Positions 58,196 through 64,000 of a DNA stretch of 64,000 nt are shown here, piece by piece (position 1 is the first letter of the stretch; every line of letters begins with the position of its first letter). The stretch covers positions 310,001 to 374,000 of the forward strand of contig NW_019029018.1 in assembly GCF_002105155.1 (NCBI RefSeq), given 5' to 3'. The notes beneath the pieces were generated by a model, which did not search any database, was not told the DNA's origin, and worked only from the letters and a program-made list of their open reading frames with translations. The position numbers and the translations under genes are program-made. The stretch is from Lobosporangium transversale. Its lineage: Eukaryota.

Positions 58196-60904
58196 CGTAA
58201 GCTACAATGGGTCGGTGACCAAATGATTGTTCCTGATGGTTTTCAACCAACTCAGGTATGGTACCTGAGGTCCCACGACCAATTAGCCGGTAACGAGACG
58301 GACATCTCTAGTAGTGCCAGTGCTACTAATGGGGGAGGTCGAGAGGCGGTTCAACTGAGAGTCAAAATTCCAATGAAGGCTTAGACTTAATATCCCAATG
58401 AGGACTTGTCGCATCGCTGTGGACATTGACCACATGGTTTCCTTTGATGTTGTTAGAAGAGCTGCTAGCTTAGGAGAATACGATCTATCATTATTATTAT
58501 GATATTGGTAAGAAAAATATACCTAGTCATTTACTTAGTTCTGAAAATGAAATCGGAAAATCAATACTTTGCTTTCTATTAGCTCTAACTCGCTTGTATA
58601 AAGGCTCATACTCCAAAGATGCTTCAACACATGTATTATAGAACAAATTTTTACCTTGAGGTAGATATGAAAGGTAAGAATCACTAAAAATCATATGGGA
58701 AAATGTTGCTTTTGCATTTTATTCTTCATATAGCAAACCAGCCAACAATGCCCTCCCTGAAAAAGATGACTCAGGATTTAGGTGACCGAATACTAAGCAA
58801 TAATATATAAAATAGCAAAGCGCCAACTGTAAAATATCTATGGTAGTTTGCTCTGATATTATAATCGATTTAATTAGAGTGATATCTCTTAACTTGACAT
58901 TGGCTTCAGATGGAAAGTTGATGATGTGAAATTTAAGGACATGGGCTTGGATCACATCTCTTACAAAAGCTGATGCTCAAGATCATAAAGTTGGTGCGCT
59001 GCTGTCGATATCCAATATTGAATCCAAAAATGTCATTTGATTTTTTATCGACTCCTGCTTTTCATACATGTCTGTGTCTGGGAGAAAGCTTATTCCGCGA
59101 AATTATCGTGGCATGAACCTTGTCAATCTAAGGAAAGGTAAGCAAAGGATTGATATTCCGATTTTCACCTTTAAAATGAGCCCATACGAATGGTGAAAAA
59201 GAGGAACCTCTACACTAGAAATTGCAATGGAGACCCTGTCAGGTGACCAATAGGTTTATCTCCTTCAATAGCTAACCAACACTAACAGACATTCACCTAT
59301 GACCCTGTGTAACATGGTTGCTTCAGGAGCCGAAGTTCTCATTTATATTCAATTAAAAAAAAAAAAAAAAAAAAAAAAACGAAAAGAAGGTAATCATCGC
59401 GTTATCAATAAATTCTGGTTTGGATGCGTTCAACCGTAACCCAACAGACAAAAGCTTCGGGTTATCGCCTACTCAGCCAGGCACAAGCACCAGATAATCG
59501 AATGAAAAGCTCCTCCTGCAAAGCTATATTACTACTGCAACATACATTTCTGTCTCATGATAGTCATGCTCCTTATTAGTAACTGAATAACTTAATGCTT
59601 ACTGAGTTCTGCTTCAATATGCTCGGAAGGCACGACGGCAAAGGGCTAATAAGCAACGCTGTTTTGAACGCTTGGTTGAAACAACTCAGTGATTACTTTA
59701 GAGCCCGGTTCACGATTTGGTGCCGAATAAATATATTGATGGATTTATATAGGTGTATAGAAGGATGGTTGTCCTTAAGAGTTGAGACCCATTTCCCCAA
59801 TGTGCAAGTAAGCACCTTCCATTATCCAGAAGAGCCTCACTTGCGCTCTGATACGGGCTCGACACAGGCATCCCCAATAAATAATGCTTAATGCCCCAAT
59901 GATATTTTCTTTCCATCTTCTTAATGGTCTGTATCCCATTTGAAAGACTGACATTAAAGCGCCTTTGGGCATAAATATATGCGTAATATTTAAATCAAGC
60001 AAAGTGAGTTAAAAAAAAAAACAATAACGTGAACGGAGGGATGTCGGAGAAGATTTTTTTTCTTCATACAGGTCGGACATTTAACCGCTCCCAACAGCCA
60101 ACTGCTGAATATGTGTTTGCCGTTTATCCAACAGCCAACTTTGCATGTATAAATATATAATATATATATGTATTTGTATCAATAGTCCATATTCTGCTTT
60201 TCCAACAGCCCACTCTATTGTGTACTGTTTACCCAACAGCTCAACTCTGTATTTGTGCCGTTTACCCTGCATATTTTATAGAACGCTTATAAGATGACAA
60301 GAAATTAAAGGAGCGTGCTGTAGTGTATGACAGATCAAGACCCAGAAATTTAAAAAAACTGTTTGTGCTCCCTTGCATGCATGTGTAACCATTACGTGTA
60401 CTTTGTAGAAACATTCAACATGGATAAGTTCTATCACTGTTCTTATTTTTTATTTTTATTTTTTTACATATCTTTTAATAAATGTGGTGTGTGGACCCAC
60501 ATCCTATCCTCACCTCACCACCCGTCTATTTGTCTGCCCATGCACAACAGCCCAACTCTATTGTGTACTATTTGTCTGACAGTCCAGCTTTTACTTGAAC
60601 CCGTGATACGGACTGACAAGTTCTTGGGAAAACATTAATACCCCTCCATTTCCTTGTAAGAGTTGTCACACAGATTATCTCTCACAGAACTCTCACCAGA
60701 ACCTCATCAAGAACGTTTACAGAAGCTCTCACATCCCTTGATCAAGCCAGGTTCTCGTAAGATTATTATTGGCTTTCGCATTATGATTAAAGTGATGTTT
60801 GTTAACATCTATAACTAATGATTTTTAAAAAAACCACCATCTATCTTATTTCTATTATTATTCTTATTCAACACATCTAGTACCCATTCTTAACAATCTT
60901 CAAA

Positions 60905-61336
60905 ATGATCATTCCTTATGCTCTTTTGGTTCCCTTGTTGCTCCTGAATTCAGTCTTTGCTAGCCATTGGGCTTGTTACAGACGACGGAACGTAGGATTT
61001 GGTTGGGATATCGATGCTGTCCTCGCAGATCCAAATGGCATTATCATTGCACAGACCGGTTGGCACAATGACTTTTCGGACGTTTACACAAAAAAGAACA
61101 GCAGAGGAAGGATGGATATTAAAAGCGGATTTAAAAGCTGGTCTTGTGCTACTGATGGTGTAGATCATGGAACCTTCGCCCCTAATGAAGTGAAAACACT
61201 TAATGGCAAAGATGACAAAGTTGCTTTTGGATGTTACGACTTGGGGGGAACAGAATACTGCAAGCAATATGATTACATCAAAAAGATGTGCTATGGATGG
61301 CTAGACCAGGTTAGGGATGGCAAGTTGAATGTCTAG
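60905..61336 (+). CDS. Small secreted protein (143 aa, 5 Cys)
   Basis: Signal peptide MIIPYALLVPLLLLNSVFA; intact ORF. Confidence 0.8.
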   Translation: MIIPYALLVPLLLLNSVFASHWACYRRRNVGFGWDIDAVLADPNGIIIAQTGWHNDFSDVYTKKNSRGRMDIKSGFKSWSCATDGVDHGTFAPNEVKTLNGKDDKVAFGCYDLGGTEYCKQYDYIKKMCYGWLDQVRDGKLNV

Positions 61337-63372
61337 AACAAAAAAAAACAATTTTTCATATTACTAGTTCACGTCTGTAGTATTGGTTCATTATAGCCAT
61401 AGTCCATATCCATCCAGTACACCAGTACACAAACAAATAAAGTTAATTGAGTTTGCAAGGGCGTAAATAGCCCAAGCCTTTAGATTTCTCAACAAAAGGA
61501 CATGCAAACATGTAATTTCATACTTTTATTTTGGAGTCCCTTTGGCTTTTTTCAGTCACCTGCAAGGAAGAATGATCAAAATGGGTTATTCTAATATTTT
61601 GGCCCTCTGACAAACAGCCCATTCGCAATACGTATAGATATATACTTCATCAACCAACATTAAAATTTACGCTTTCGCTAATGAGATCGATATGGCTATC
61701 TACTGCAGATCTTCGGATTAAATGTAGCGCTTCTCTTCATTAGAATTTCGGTTTTTTTTACTTTTTGATCTAACTTTTTTTCAGACCCAGAGGTCCTTTC
61801 TCCCACTTAAGTTGTAGAGCAAGATCAAAGCTTCAAAAAGTGTTCGTCTTGAGTGCCTCTGAGAGTACAAGACCCCCTTCTTTCTCATTTGAGTTATCTC
61901 CCAAAATGAAAGCGGCCAAAGTGGTGTTGTCCTTGAGTGGGTTTGTAAGCACTCAAAACTCACTAGTCTCAATCAATCGACTCTTCATCGTTAAGGAGAG
62001 CCTATGAAGGCGTGATAGCCATTTGAGTTGTAAACTATGAAGATTTGTTAAATCTGGAATAGGACAATTTGGACTGTCTTCATGTTGCTCAGTTCTATGG
62101 CGCGAACAAGGGTGGGTTTCATGCCGCGTGGGTATTGAAAGCAATTTATCGGTAATGCTTTCCCGAGGCCTTTCAAGTTAGAGTTGAAATGTCGGTAGAC
62201 TTGACGATTTTAGTACATGTTCAAACGCCTCAAGGTCAGTTCTAGCTCAATCCCAGTTGAATGCGGTATCCGACCCGTAAACACACTTCACATTGGCCAG
62301 CACCCCAATGAATCCTTCAGCTCTGTTTCTGAATCTCAAAGTGATAACTATTTTACCGAGATGCGTTATATTTGTCTCCATTCGTCACCACTGCATCTTT
62401 AAAGGCTTTCTTTCTTTCTTTTTTTTCCTCGATATCTCGGGCGATAGTGTTCAAAACAAATCCATTTGACATGGCCTGCCTCGGCCGTGTTCTGTACAAG
62501 TTGCCGAGTTTTCTATTTTCATCGTTGGTTAAGGAACGTGCTCAGCAGTTGAAGATCAGCTCCTTCAAGTGCCCCTTAGTTATCGATTGTGTTGATGCTG
62601 TTCAACACTGAATTTCCCTTAGAGAGCGCTTCCATATATTTGATTGAATAATCGATACCAGCACCAAGACCTGAGGCTGGTATTTTTACCCTGTAGTTTC
62701 GGTAGATGAGATGAAGAATTCCCTCATTCACAGCTGATGTATCACCCACTTTTTTTTTTTTTTTTTTTTTTAAGAGTCGCTAACATGGGTATCCTGTTGA
62801 GATGACGGTTCGATCATTATCCTAGTCAGGGACCTTTATGTGGCTTAGATTCCCCTGGATGATGAGCCTCTCCAACTCTAAACTAGGATAGACATGTCTA
62901 TTTTGTTAAATAGCAGCTTCTGTTCCAACAAACATGACAACTCACTTCGTTTTGCAATGACCCTTTCGTTTCTCTCCTCACTTTGATTCGGTCCAGCTGA
63001 GCAGAGGAGGCTTGCCAATGGAGTTACATAGTTAACTACAATTCTCCTTATCAGATAGAGGAGCCATCAAAACTTATTTGGTTACGTTGCGCTTGAAGAG
63101 AGGCTCACGCGAGTACTTCGCTAGATTTAGATCTGTGTGGTTGAGAAACAGTGAGCCAAAAGGCACAGGGAAAATTAAGCAAGGATTTACAAGCATGGTA
63201 CATGTAACAGCGGTTTTTATGATTACATCTTTATTAATTATATTAATGATACCCTTGTATAGAGGTTTCTATATACTACAGTAGTTGTTATTTGAACAAA
63301 GCTTCGTATCTGAGCTACTCAGTTTAATAAGTCGAGTAGCCAGGGCTTTTTAGTAATTGATTAAGGGTATAC

Positions 63373-64000
63373 TCATTTATGAAGGAGCAAAGCCTTATTA
63401 ATCTTAAGTGCTTCTGATAGTGCCAGAGCGCCTTCCTTTCCAATCCTGTTGCTCTCCAATTCCAAAATGGCCAAGGTTGTGTTAGCCCTGAGTGCCTCTG
63501 ACAGCGCAAGAGCTCCTTCATTTCCAACTGCATTGCTCCTCAATTTCAGGATAGTCAAGGCTGTGTTAGTCTTGAGCGCCTCTGACAGCGCAAGAGCTCC
63601 TGCATCCCCAATTTCGTTGAAACACAAATCCAAGTTGATCAGAGTCGTGTTAAGTTTGAGTGCTTCTGACAATGCCTGAGCTCCCTCATTCCCAATCGCG
63701 TTGTAATACAAGACCAAAGTGGTCAACGTCGTGTTGGTCTTGAGTGCCTCTGACAGTGCCTGAGCTCCTTCATCTCCAACTGCGTTACCCCACAAGTTCA
63801 AGCTTGTCAAAGTAGGACTAGTCTTGAGTGCTTCTGACAATGCTAGAGTTCCTTCCTTCCCAATTGCGTTGAACCCCAATCCCAAAGCGGTCAGGGCTGT
63901 GTTAGCTCTGAGTGCTTCTGACAGTGCCTGAGTTCCTTCATCTCCTATTAAGTTCCACCTCAGATTCAGAGTAGTCAAGGCCGTGTTAGCCTTAAGCGCC
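63373..64000 (-). CDS. RNI-like leucine-rich repeat protein, 3' part (continues beyond window)
   Basis: 28-aa (84-bp) repeats NTTLTTLxLxxNxIGxEGAQALSEALKx. Confidence 0.92.
   Translation of the reverse strand, partial: ALKANTALTTLNLRWNLIGDEGTQALSEALRANTALTALGLGFNAIGKEGTLALSEALKTSPTLTSLNLWGNAVGDEGAQALSEALKTNTTLTTLVLYYNAIGNEGAQALSEALKLNTTLINLDLCFNEIGDAGALALSEALKTNTALTILKLRSNAVGNEGALALSEALRANTTLAILELESNRIGKEGALALSEALKINKALLLHK

Noticed and set aside
61780..62640. Possible decayed LRR-family gene on the minus strand
   Set aside because: Many stops and only a vague resemblance; cannot be supported without a search.

Overview
This is eukaryotic, intron-containing, AT-rich fungal DNA. The gene families (Arm-repeat/NACHT/pentapeptide/WD40 NLR, Crinkler-like genes, RNI-like LRR, F-box) suggest Mortierellaceae, which is an inference. 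It is a transposon-dense accessory region. Mobile elements: a structurally complete DIRS tyrosine-recombinase retrotransposon (36248-40495) nested about 60 bp inside a Helitron 3' end, a second truncated DIRS copy at the window start, an intact hAT element with 300-400 bp TIRs, and remnants of Crypton, Harbinger, Tc1 and MULE elements plus RecQ-like pseudogenes. Host-type genes: a ~1995-aa NLR, a UPF0658-like membrane protein, a single-pass membrane protein, three small secreted Cys-rich proteins and an LRR gene. The most unexpected signal is a tandem array of three ~250-nt box C/D-type structured RNA units at 7.5-9.2 kb. Each has boxes in C-D'-C'-D order and a large internal stem-loop, and the units are separated by T-rich tracts. 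A second highlight is an apparent empty homologue of the DIRS target site at 10821-10847.
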